From: Octopus sinensis
Lineage: Eukaryota
Assembly: GCF_006345805.1 (NCBI RefSeq)
Contig: NC_043017.1
Location: forward strand, 25,544,001-25,608,000
Length of the DNA: 64,000 nt
Direction: 5' to 3'
Shown: piece by piece, positions 13,828 through 24,905 of the stretch
How the letters are laid out: the number at the start of each line of letters is the position of its first letter
Numbering within the stretch: position 1 is the stretch's first letter
Program-made: the position numbers and the translations under genes
Notes under the pieces: generated by a model
The model's input: the letters and a program-made list of their open reading frames with translations, nothing else
The model's database searches: none
What the model was told of the DNA's origin: nothing

Positions 13828-14232
13828 AGGTGCAGGAGTGGCTGTGTGGTAAGTAGCTTGCTTACAAACCACATGGTTCCGGGTTCAGTCCCACTGCGTG
13901 GCATCTTGGGCAAGTGTCTTCTGCTATAGCCCCGGGCCGACCAATGCCTTGAGAGTGGATTTGGTAGACGGAAACAGAAAGAAGCCCGTCGTATATATGT
14001 ATATACATATATATATGCATGTGTGTGTTTGTGTGTGTGTTTGTCCCCCTAGCATTGCTTGACAACCGATGCTGGTGTGTGTTTACGTCCCCGTCACTTA
14101 GCGGTTCGGCAAAAGAGTCTGATAGAATAAGTACTGGGCTTACAAAGAATAAGTCCCGGGGTCGATTTGCTCGACTAAAGGCGGTGCTCCAGCATGGCCG
14201 CAGTCAAATGACTGAAACTAGTAAAAGAGTAA
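13828..14232 (+). mobile_element. SINE family 1, full length
   Basis: ggtgcaggagtggctgtgtggtaagtagc...gggttcagtccc (A/B-box-like) through to gactgaaactagtaaaaga. Confidence 0.9.
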
Positions 14233-14481
14233 AAGAGATGGTTACGGTATTTACTAGTAGTACGGGTGTTGTAGAAGTGCTCATAGTAATAACTATTGAA
14301 TGGATACTCCCTCTCTCTCTCTCTCTGTTACTTGTTTCAGTCATTTGACTGCGGCCATGCTGGAGCACCGCCTTTTAGTCGGGCAAATCGACCCCCAGGA
14401 CTTATTCTTTGTAAGCCTAGTACTTATGCTATCGGTCTCTTTTTGCCGAACTGCTAAGTTATGTTGGTGGGACAAACACAG

Positions 14482-14518
<37 letters not shown>

Positions 14519-14691
14519 CCGGAGTAAACACATAAATGTGAAACAAGGTGGAAAAAAGAGTACTCAAATACCAGTGGTAGAGTAATATGCCGTTCATCAG
14601 ACAGTTTTTGCTAGCAAAAACTGTCTGATGAACGGCAACGAGAAACTCAGAGTAACAGATTTTGTTGAATTTTCTGCTGCTTAAAATAAAG

Positions 14692-14695
<4 letters not shown>
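14519..14695. mobile_element. Hammerhead-bearing element family B, inserted in the (TA)n of a minus-strand SINE1 (14330-14893)
   Basis: Shares ccagagtaaacacataaatgtg... with 29072-29195, 30395-30540 and 50849-51272; flanked by TA runs; contains a perfect 50-bp palindrome at 14588-14637. Confidence 0.8.
14615..14664 (+). ncRNA. Minimal type I hammerhead-like motif (family B)
   Basis: CAAAAACUGU-CUGAUGA-ACG GCAA CGA-GAAA-CUC A GAG-UA-ACAGAUUUUG; canonical core; the stem II closing pair is mismatched in this copy. Confidence 0.55.
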
Positions 14696-14737
<42 letters not shown>

Positions 14738-15273
14738 GACAGGCTTCCTTCAGTTTCCGTATACCAAATCCATTCACAAGGCTTTGTTCGGCCTGAGGCT
14801 ATAGTAGAAGACACTTGCCCAAAGTGTCACGCAGTGGGACTGAACCTGGAACCATGTGGTTGGTAAGCAAGCTTCTTACCACACAGCCACTCCTTGTTTA
14901 TAAGATGAAAAAAATTTTGTCAACTTTTATTATATTCATTATATATATTGTTTCTGGTATAAATTAATATTACTAAGAAATATTTATTTCTTTATTGCCC
15001 ACAAGGGGCTAAGAAATATTACCAGTTCCTGGCAGATAGTTTGAGAAGCACTGACTTAGAGTCTTAGTAACAACTTGAATACTTCATCATTGGTGTCCAT
15101 GGTCCCTTGTCATATTTGTTCTGCCCAAGTTCTCTAGGCACTCCCTTGCCGTCCTTGCTAGTGGCAACCAGTTGCTGAAAAATGTGAAGTAAAAATTTAA
15201 TAAGTGATGTTCATCAAATCAGTGATTAATTAAGATGATAATTAATTGCTGTTATTGTCTTTCATATTTTCAG

Positions 15274-15352
15274 GAAAGAATTAATTGAAGACTATGGCTC
15301 TGGAGACACATACATTAGTGAAAAGGAACGGGATCTACGAACTGCAGAATAT
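15274..15352 (+). CDS. Internal coding exon of an unidentified gene (KELIEDYGSGDTYISEKERDLRTAEY)
   Basis: Pyrimidine-rich acceptor ttcatattttcag, donor AT/gtaagt, unique non-repetitive sequence; 79 nt = 1 nt + 26 open codons; ends in phase 0, matching the next exon. Confidence 0.8.
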
Positions 15353-15584
15353 GTAAGTTTGCTTCGCCACTCCACATACAGCGATCGGTTCAAAGACATG
15401 TGACTTAACTCCAAAAACTATGTAACATGCAAAAAAAATATTTTAAAAAATTTATTAGCTTCCATCTCTTTTGATAAATGGTTTATACATTTTTTACACA
15501 TCTATTCCATTTTCCTCTTCAGTATTAGAGTTTAAATGATCTTTCTTCTTTTAAATTCTATTAAATGTATACTCATTGGTCTGT

Positions 15585-15955
15585 TGGTCTGTCTATCTAT
15601 CCGTGTGTCTATCTATCCGTGTGTCTATCTATCCGTGTGTCTATCTATCCATCTGTCTGTCTGTCTATCCTTGTGTCTATCTATCTATCTATCTGTCTGT
15701 CTATCCGTGTGTCTATCTATCTATCTATCTGTCTATCTATCCATCTGTCTGTCTGTCTATCCTTGTGTCTATCTATCTATCTATCTGTCTGTCTATCCGT
15801 GTGTCTAACTATCTATCTATCTGTCTGTCTATCCGTGTGTCTATCTATCTATCTATCTATCTATCTGTCTGTCTATCCATGTCTCTATCTATCTATCTAT
15901 CTGTCGGTCTATCCGTGTGTCTATCTATCTATCTGTCTGTCTGTCTATCTGTGTG

Positions 15956-15996
<41 letters not shown>

Positions 15997-16023
15997 GTAT
16001 GTATATGTCTGTCTATCCTTGTG

Positions 16024-16054
<31 letters not shown>

Positions 16055-16215
16055 GTCTGTCTATCTGTGTGTCTGTTTATCTATCTATCTATCTGTCTGT
16101 CTGTCTGTCTATCTGTGTGTCTATCTATCTATCTATCTATCTGTCTGCCTGTATATCTGTCTGTCAGTCTATCTGCCTGCCTGTCTGTCTGTCTATCTAT
16201 CTATCTGTCTATATA
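15585..16215. repeat. Compound (ATCT)n/(GTCT)n microsatellite
   Basis: Directly visible; source of ORFs 15536-16327. Confidence 0.95.
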
Positions 16216-16734
16216 TCTGTCTCACTGTCTGTCCATGTTCCTACATGTTTGGTTTATTTGCTCATGTATGCACACATCTAGGTATATATGCATAGAGAAT
16301 CACACACTTAGAGAGAGAGAGATATAAACAGCTTGGATATGTTTCAGCCACAGATTGGCTCAGGCTATTGTATCAGGTAGCATGTTGTGCTCTGGGGCAT
16401 TTCACATTCTCCCCTCAAATACGTATCTAACTTAGTAGCACTTTAGTAATTTTTTAGTCAAGTAAGTTTCTTGGTATCATCGAACCGATTCCCTCTTTTT
16501 CTATCTACAATTGCATTGTTTGCACAGATGAGTTCATGTGTGACATGATGTAGAAAAATCAGTGCTGGCTCTGATTTCTATAGAACATAAAAATTGAATT
16601 AATAGCACTGCTAACACAGGTAGGACATAATATTGACTTTCAAACCTTTAACATACTTGGTAGTCTATGATGGTTAATAAGAAAATCTGGTGCCCTTACC
16701 TACATTTTAAATTTTAGATATGTTTGCTGTGCCA

Positions 16735-17010
16735 TGTAAAAAGCATCCAGTCCACACTGTAAAGTGGTTGGCATTTGGAAAGGCATCCAATCTGTAAAAA
16801 TCGTGCCAAAACTGACCTCATCTGTGTTTGTGCCACATGAAAAGCACTCAGGCCACTCTGCTGGGTGTTTGGTCTTAGGAAGGGCATCAAGCTGTAAAAA
16901 CCATGCCAAAACAGGCACAGAAGTCTGGTGCAGGCCCCTGCCTGTCCAGCTCTTGTCAAACCATCTATCCCATGGCAGCAAGGAAAGTGGATGTTAAATG
17001 CTGATGATAC
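16735..17010 (+). mobile_element. (GAT)n-tailed non-autonomous element, probably RTE-mobilised
   Basis: Motifs ggaagggcatccagctgta...aacccatgccagcatggaa...gttaaacgatgatg recur at 27520-27792, 35990-36250(-), 37930-38197, 49790-50010, 50660-50795, 52640-52875, 60425-60585, 60965-61115 and 63016-63235(-). The RTE link is inferred from the shared (GAT)n tail. Confidence 0.7.
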
Positions 17011-18135
17011 TGATGTAAAGTTAGATAAATTAATGAATCTGAGGTTTATTTTTTTCCATAAATTTCTTAAAAAACAAATTAGATGATGTAATTGAGATGT
17101 ACCTGTAGTTGTCTATTTTGATCCCGTAAACCTGTGGTCAAGCTGGACTTGAACCCAGGATATAAATGAAAATCAACCCATCACTTTACTGACTTTGCCA
17201 GGAAAGTGCACGGCCTTGTGGTTAGGGTGTTCAGCTTATAATCATTAAGGTTGAGAGATCAATTCCTGAATCAGGTAGCATGTTGTGCTCTGGAGCATTT
17301 CACATTCTCCCCTCAAATATTACTAAAGTCACAGAAAACCATGAACACCACCACATTAAATAGCTATATAAGATTTAAATATATCATTTTCAAACTAGCT
17401 ATTGTCTCAGTGGTCCTGTGGGTAAAAGACATACAGACATAGCAACACATACTCCTTGGACACAGGATCAATCTTGGCCCATGGCCTATACTGATTGTGG
17501 TTTTTTTTTCTTCTCCCTTTTAACACATCTCTTGAGAAAAATAAAACTAAATGAAATCATATCGCTAATCCCTACCTGAGATTGAAACCTCCATCTACCT
17601 CACTGTTTGTCACTGAAATATTTAAATCTATTTTAATGATTTCTTATTGATTACATTAAACTTATAGGTTTAAATATATCATTTTCACATTAGTTTTTGT
17701 AGTTGTCTCAATGGTCTTGTGGGTAAAGACTTGGACACAGCAACACATATACCCTGTGGACAAAGGTTCAATTCTTGTAAATCTATTCAGTTTTTTTTTT
17801 ACCATTTACAGAAAAAAAAATAAAACTAAAATAGTATCATATCACAGTCCCTACCTGGGACTGAAACCTCCATCTACCCGGACGCCTTGTTTGTCACCAG
17901 ACGCCCTTATCCACTGGCCCATAAGGCCAGTAATACTACTTATACAAAATAAGAGATATTTAAATCTATTAATTTAGTAAAAGTATTCAGTGTTTCCCCC
18001 CCCACTCCCCTTCTCCATTTGATGGGTTTTCTACAGAGGAGTTTTGATATTGATTTCCTAATATTAATAATAATATATTATCAAAAAACATATATGTGTA
18101 TACACACACACCACACACACACAGATATATATTTA

Positions 18136-18326
18136 TATAATAATTATAATTAAGGGTTAATTGCAACAAGTTGCTCAAAACCACATACCGAAAATATTAG
18201 AAATAGCAGCTAAATTGATACTATTTCTGCTATTAGTATTGATACAATTTAGCTGCTATTTCTAATATTTTCAGTATGTGGTTTTGAGCAACTTGTTGCA
18301 ATTAACCCTTAATTATAATTATTATA
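18136..18326. repeat. Near-perfect 82-bp inverted repeat with 27-nt spacer, intronic
   Basis: 18136-18217 is the reverse complement of 18245-18326 with one mismatch. Confidence 0.95.
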
Positions 18327-18523
18327 ACCCTTACCAAATATGGTCTTTTCCATACCGATAAACCTACTAGGTGAATTTATTAATTTTATTAAATTAATTA
18401 TATTCCACCCTTTTTTTTTGCATATTGAATACTATATATATATATATATATATAAAAAATTGATATATTGTTTTTGTTTTTTTTTGTTTCTGTGTATTTA
18501 TATTTTACTCTCTTCCTTTCCAG

Positions 18524-18586
18524 AACAATCTGAAACTACTGTCTGAGAACTTGAGGAAACAAGTTCAGCAGCTTAAGAAAGATTAA
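18524..18586 (+). CDS. Terminal coding exon (NNLKLLSENLRKQVQQLKKD*), heptad/coiled-coil-like
   Basis: Strong acceptor tctcttcctttccag; phase 0 continues the 15274 exon; TAA at 18584-18586; followed by AT-rich UTR-like sequence. Confidence 0.8.
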   Translation, partial: NNLKLLSENLRKQVQQLKKD

Positions 18587-18961
18587 ACGAAGAGAAGACA
18601 CCGTTAAGAAATGATGTATATTTGCCAAAGTTCTCTAACAATGCCATTTCTTGGTTCCCAGCTCCTGTAGAGATTAAAGTATTTTCTTCTTCTTCTACTA
18701 CTTCTTCCCCCCACTGCCTGCCTGCCTATCTAGAAAGATTAATAACTTTGGATAGAGAGAAATGATTCTATACAACTACACCCACTCGCATACATAACAT
18801 TATATATATATATATGCTGTATACACATACACACAAGGAAAAAAATATATTATAAAATTCATGTAAATCTTTAAAAAGTTGGCAGGTGGAGATGGAGTAA
18901 TTAATAAGTTGATCCTGATTAGCTGACTCGAATTGAATTTTTATTATTTTATTTTTATTCC

Positions 18962-19008
<47 letters not shown>

Positions 19009-19330
19009 TGTTTTATTCTGATTGCTCTTAAGTTTGTTTTTTTTTAATTTTTAAAATAATTTTTATTGTCAGAAGTTAAAAAGAAACAATTTTGTGGGAG
19101 AGGAGGAGAACTAAATAAATAAAGAAAGAAAAAAAAAGAAAAGAAATTATTCTAAATTTTGATCGCGAATTGAATTTTTTTAAAACATTTATTTTAAAAA
19201 TTTCGTTTTTATATACATATTTTATTCTGTGTTTTTATTTGTAAAGCTTCCTAAAGCTTGTATGTAACTTTTCTTTTTTTTTTTAATTTTTTCCAAAAAT
19301 AAATATTTCCCTATAGATACACGCCATCTA
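18587..19330 (+). promoter_or_regulatory. Putative 3' UTR with AATAAA signals (19114, 19298) and downstream U/GU-rich tract
   Basis: AATAAA hexamers and T/GT-rich runs downstream of the stop codon; the cleavage site cannot be determined from sequence alone. Confidence 0.45.
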
Positions 19331-19538
19331 TTTCTGTTTTGATTCTTACCCCCACTAAAAAAAAAAAAATTCTGTTTTTTTTTTTGTGTGTTGCTATTTT
19401 TTTTTTCTGAATTGGAATGGTCAAAATTTTCTTTACTGGTTCAGGTGACAATCATTTATATTTCATTGCTGGACATCAGTGTTTTCAAACTGTGTAAATA
19501 TATATGTGTGTATATATATATGTGTGTATGTATATATA

Positions 19539-19579
<41 letters not shown>

Positions 19580-19971
19580 ATAAATATTAGGGAATAAATC
19601 CAAATTTACAGGGAAAAAATCAGATTTAGGATTAAATCCAATTTTATAGTAAAATATTATAAAATATTATTAGAGACAAAACCACTATTTTGCAAAACAA
19701 ACAAGGAAAGACTTATCAATACATAAAATTTTAATAAATAGTCAAAAAAACCGCCACTACAATTGTTTCTTGTCTTGGACTTCCAATCTAAAATATCAAT
19801 ATTTTAAAATATTGATATTTTAGATTGGAAGTCCACCTAAAGATTGTCGATCAAGACAAGAAACAATTGTAGTGGCGGTTTTTTTGACTATTTATTAAAA
19901 TTTTATGTATTGATTAAGTCTTTCCTTGTTTGTTTTGCAAAATAGTGGTTTTGTCTCTAATAATATTTTAT
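19580..19971. mobile_element. Hammerhead-bearing element family A (unit plus inverted partial copy, nested palindromes)
   Basis: Outer arms ~19659-19777 / 19852-19971; perfect 58-bp inner palindrome at 19777-19834; related ends at 24530-24878 and 43050-43140. Confidence 0.8.
19833..19875 (+). ncRNA. Minimal type I hammerhead-like motif with G5A change
   Basis: CCAC-CUAAAGA-UUGUC GAUCAA GACAA-GAAA-CAAUUG-UA-GUGG. Confidence 0.55.
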
Positions 19972-19974
19972 ATA

Positions 19975-20017
<43 letters not shown>

Positions 20018-20072
20018 GTGTATATATATGTATGTATATGTATATGTATGTATATATATATATATGTATATA

Positions 20073-20120
<48 letters not shown>

Positions 20121-20529
20121 AATATATATATATGTATGTATATATATGTATATATATATGTATATATACATACATATATATATATATACATATAAATATG
20201 TATGTATATTACATTTCAGATAGATTCGGCATTGAGTTACCGAAGCAGAAATGTCATTATATCAAATATTCTGCTCAGTACCATAGATTTGCTTGTCAGT
20301 TGCTTGACCGTAACCACTTGAGAATGTCCCTTAGTGGCCGACAATATGTGCATCTCTGATGAGGAGCCGGAGTTGTTGGGGAGCATCATAGCCATGTGTT
20401 GAAAGGGATTCTTAGGGGTCTGAACGAATGTAGCAAAAGCAATATTTTATGGAAATATTAGCCAGGGGTGATATTAGCAAATTGGAAATAGCAGTTGCTA
20501 GCCAAGCACAAGAACAGTGTTGCACAATG

Positions 20530-21480
20530 TTATAGCAAGCTAAGACAAGGTAGGTAAGCTCTCCGGCAACTCCTAATTCCTGCTATTAGTAAACTAAAAG
20601 AGATAAGCTCTTTCATTAATCTAAATCTATAATAAAACAAGCAAGCACTCCATGAGTTCAAATCCAAGGTATAACAAGCTAAGAGAGGTAGGTAAGCTCT
20701 CCGGCAACTCCTAATCCCCGCTATTAGTAAACTAAAAGAGATAAGCTCTTTCAGGGATCTAAATCTATAATAAAACAAGCAAGCACTCCATGAGTTCAAA
20801 TCCAAGGTATAACAAGCTAAGAGAGGTAGGTAAGCTCTCCGGCAACTTCTAATCCACGCTATTAGTATACTAAAAGGGATAAGCTCTTTCATGAATCTAA
20901 ATCTATAATAAAACAAGCAAGCACTCTATGAGTTCCATACCAGAGCTTCATGACTGAATGCAGTTCACTAAGCCTAAAGAGTGGGGTCAGATTGTGAGGC
21001 CTGGTCCTCACTTTTAAAACTACTAAGCACAGGCAGGAAGAAAAGGCCATCAGCATCAAGAACTTGTTTACATAGTCACTTCTTGAGAACCTATCAATGG
21101 TCTTCAGATGTGAAAAAAAAACTGTCATCATATCTGGGGTCACAATATTCAATATGCCCATCTTTCCAAGATGGCAGGGTGTAATTTGAAGGATAATATT
21201 TTTTAATGTGCTGAATTATCGCAGAAAACAGATTGCTTACATTGTGTCTCAGTGATACTTTCTAAATCTATAATAAAACAAGCAAGCACTCCATGAGTTC
21301 AATCCAAGGTATAACAAGCTAAGAGAGGTAGGTAAGCTCTCTGGCAACTCCTAATCCCCGCTATTAGTAAACTAAAAGAGATAAGCTCTTTCATTAATCT
21401 AAATCTATAATAAAACAAGCAAGCACTCCGTGAGTTCGAATTCAAGGTATAACAAGCTAAGAGAGGTAGGTAAGCTCTCT
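20530..21480. repeat. 138-bp tandem satellite interrupted by a 326-bp insert
   Basis: aggtaggtaagc at 20548, 20686 and 20824, then 21326 and 21464; insert at 20936-21261. Confidence 0.9.
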
Positions 21481-23346
21481 AGTGAGTCCAAATCCACAAA
21501 ATAGCAACTAAGCTCTCCACAAATAAAAGAAAGTCTTTTATCAGAAAGATAAAAATGTTACCAAATGCTGTGACTTCACTTTTATTGTCCCTCCTATTGT
21601 AATTCCTCCCCTCTCTGATATATACAAGTCTTAAATGGCAGAGACATAATTTGATGAAATTTTACTTAACAGTAAGAAAATTCTAATATCATGACATTGT
21701 TTCGTAACTTAAAAACATGTAAGTAGTTTATGTAGTAGTTTTATAGTATGTGAACTTGTCTATAAGGTTTCAGTTTTAAGGCAAACCAATGTACTTCACT
21801 AATTCATGCCTGCTACTTAAAAATATCCCCAGGAAGGGACTCAAATGCCAGAATTTACCCTTTTCCCATAGATTTTTTTGTTTAAAAAGGTTTTTGTACC
21901 TTAGTTATAATAAGGACAGCTAACAGTTTCTTTATTTTGACAATATTTTAATTTTCAAGAAAAATGTTATCAATGTGAAGATAGGTTTTTTTTTTTAATA
22001 TATGTCTGAATAAGGTGAAGAATTGAAATAACATTACCAAACAAATTCCATTTATTTTGCCCTATTTTTTTTTTATTTTATTTTATCTAGTTTCAGCTCA
22101 CGTGCTGTGGCTATATATTTTTTTTTCACAATTTTGGGACAGAGCCATTTAATGGTTTATCAATTTACTAGAAATAACAACCAAATTTCCCTCGAATCAT
22201 ACACACTGATGTCTTAGAAAACCTTTAAAAAGGCACTTACTTGGATAAGCATACTAGCTTCGTTTCTTTGAAGCGTTCACATGTCCTCAGCAGCCACAGG
22301 CCATGTTTCACTGAGATTTAGCTCAGTTGTTCACGCACAGGCATCATAAAATCTGCTTTTCACTCTGAGTCCTAGTGATGGTTCATTCGACTAAATATTC
22401 AAGGTGGTACCCCAGCATGGCCGTAGTCTCATGACTGAAACAAAAGAATAATAAAACAAATATAGGTTAGTGTTAATTAGTGCAGATTATAAGAAGTTCC
22501 AGATCATTAGTGTCTGGAATTAAGTGTTGTGTGTGAATACGTTTTCTAGAAGAAATTAGCTATTTTTCTACTTTGGAGCACAAAAAAGATGTTCTGATTG
22601 GTCAGCCCTGTCGTATTTCAATAAAAGAGAAAACGTGATTATGTGAAATGCAACTCATCCCGCTGAAGAGGATTGGCCTGTAAGAGCCCTGTGCTCGTGC
22701 CATGTAAAAGCATCCACGCTGGCACCACATAAAAGCTGCCATGTAATGGTGCCAGTGCCGGTGCCACATAAAGAGCATCCAGTATATATATATATGTATA
22801 TATAAAGTCAATAAATGGTGGGGTTGTGTTGACCTCACGTGGAGAAATGATAGGCAAGGAAAAATTATAAAAAGGCAGAATTCTAAATTGAAGGTAAATT
22901 TTAATGAAAATGGATGTATGGAAAATTAAAAAAAAAATTTTTTTTTAAATATTAACTCCAACCGGTTTTCGTCGCAATATGACTTTTCAAGAATTGTAAG
23001 GTGAAAAGAAAATTTTTTTATAATTGAGGAGGGGGTAAAAAGAAAATTACATTGTTTTTTTGCAAAAAAAAAATAAACATATACAAAAGTAAAAAAATAG
23101 GTACACGGATACATTGTAAAGTCTTTGTGTATCACGAGTTCAATGATAGTCCTTGGAAAAATTACCTTGGAGGATGAAGATCCACGTGATTTAAATCCAT
23201 GTGGTGTTTATTTCAGGATGTTTGTTAAATGGATGTCAAAACAGGAAATGGGGTAGGAGTTATCCAGTTCCTGTAAGGGAAGACAACTGTGGATTTTGTG
23301 CTCTTCAATTGGGATTATCAATTTTTTGTAAGATACAATGTTCATA

Positions 23347-23382
<36 letters not shown>

Positions 23383-23572
23383 CATATATATATGTGTGTG
23401 TGTATGTATATGTATATATATGTGTGTGTATGTATATATGTGTATGTATATACATATGTGTGTATGTATATGTATATATATATATCTACGTATATGGCAG
23501 TGCCCCAGCATGGCCACAGCTGTGACTGAAATAGAATAAAATAATATATATATATATGTATTTCTATGTGTA

Positions 23573-23618
<46 letters not shown>

Positions 23619-23704
23619 GTGTGTGTGTGTGTATAATATATATGTATATATATCTATATATATATATATATATGTATTTATTTTATTGTATTTTATTATT
23701 TTAT

Positions 23705-24497
23705 TTAGTTTCAGCTCACAAGCTGTGGCCATGCTGGGCACACGCCATTTGGTGTGCTACATGATTTTACTTCACGAATGCTTTTTAGCAATTGCCATTT
23801 GGTGCATGAGAGAGTTCGATGCAGCAGCTGCCCTCATCTGCACCTCCTGCAGTGAAGTTGGTTCTTCTGGGACACCTGACAAAAAGAGATCCAGTTTCAT
23901 TTTAAAGACATCTGCATCCATCCCATGCAGGTCTCTTAGGTTCTTCGGGAGGATATTGAAGAGCTGTGGGCCTCGGAAGCCCAGGTTATCACAGTATCTT
24001 GTCCTACATCTTGATGGCAAATTTGGAGTCCTTGACACTATGCAGTGGCGCCCAGTTCTGGCATTTGTGTAACTCTCGATGCCAAAGTTTGGGACAAGTC
24101 CTTCTAGGATCTTCCAGATGTATATTATGGCATATCTTTCTCGCCTACGCTCTAAGGAATAGAGTCTCAATCTCTTGAGTCTTTACCAATAGCTTATATG
24201 CTGCACAGAGGCTATCTTCTTCGTGTAGCTTCGTTGGATCGCCTCAAGTTCTGTGATTAACTTGACACTGGATGGTAACCATAGCTGAGAGCAATAGTCA
24301 AAGTGTCCTCCAGAGGACCATCATGGTTTCCTGGTCTCTTGTTCTAAAGGTTCTAAGAATCCATCCGGTCAGCCACCTACATTTCATTGCCAATTTAGCA
24401 ACATGTACATGAAAGGTTGCATCATCACTCATGTAAATACCCAGGTCTCGCACTGATTGTGCCTCTGGGATTGCAATCCCTCCAGGTCCAGTGTATT
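23705..24497 (-). mobile_element. CR1/L2-group LINE, 3' ~0.8 kb (decayed ORF2 C-terminal region)
   Basis: Translates ..SVRDLGIYMSDDATFH..WILRTFRTRDQETM..RLYSLERRRERYAIIYIWKILEGLVPN..FRGPQLFNILPK; family 3' tail at 23705. Confidence 0.9.
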
Positions 24498-24529
24498 TAT
24501 ATATGCATATATATATATGTATATATAAT

Positions 24530-24878
24530 AAATATTAGGGAATAAATCCAAACTTACAGGGAAAAATCAGATTTAGGATTGAATCCAATTTTATAGTAAA
24601 ATATATAATATTAAATTAGAGACAAAACCAGTATTAGGCAAATCATACAATGAAAAACTTAAGCCAATACATAAGATTATTTAATTTATATTATTTAAAT
24701 ATATAACAAAATTATTAAAAAAATATAATTAATATATCACTACGATCGTTTCATGGCTGTTAATTTCTTTAAATTTTCGAGTTACAGTCATTCATCAGGT
24801 GGTTTAAATATTTATCTTGGCGAGGTTTAAACATTGTGATTTGCCCAATAGTGGTTTTGTCTCTAATTTAATATTATA
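24530..24878 (-). mobile_element. Hammerhead-bearing element family A (diverged subfamily)
   Basis: Same terminus (aaatattagggaataaatccaaa) and same inverted partial end (tagtggttttgtctctaa) as 19580-19971. Confidence 0.8.
24738..24802 (-). ncRNA. Minimal type I hammerhead motif with fully canonical core
   Basis: Minus strand: CCAC-CUGAUGA-AUGACUGUAA...UUAACAGCCAU-GAAA-CGAUCG-UA-GUGA; long stem II, palindromic stem III, GUA triplet, 3-bp stem I. Confidence 0.7.
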
Positions 24879-24905
24879 TATGTATATATATATATATATA
24901 TTAAC

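Noticed and set aside
20530-20916. 128-aa minus ORF with 46-aa repeats
   Set aside because: It is open only because the satellite unit (138 bp) is a multiple of three; it has no ATG context or domain.
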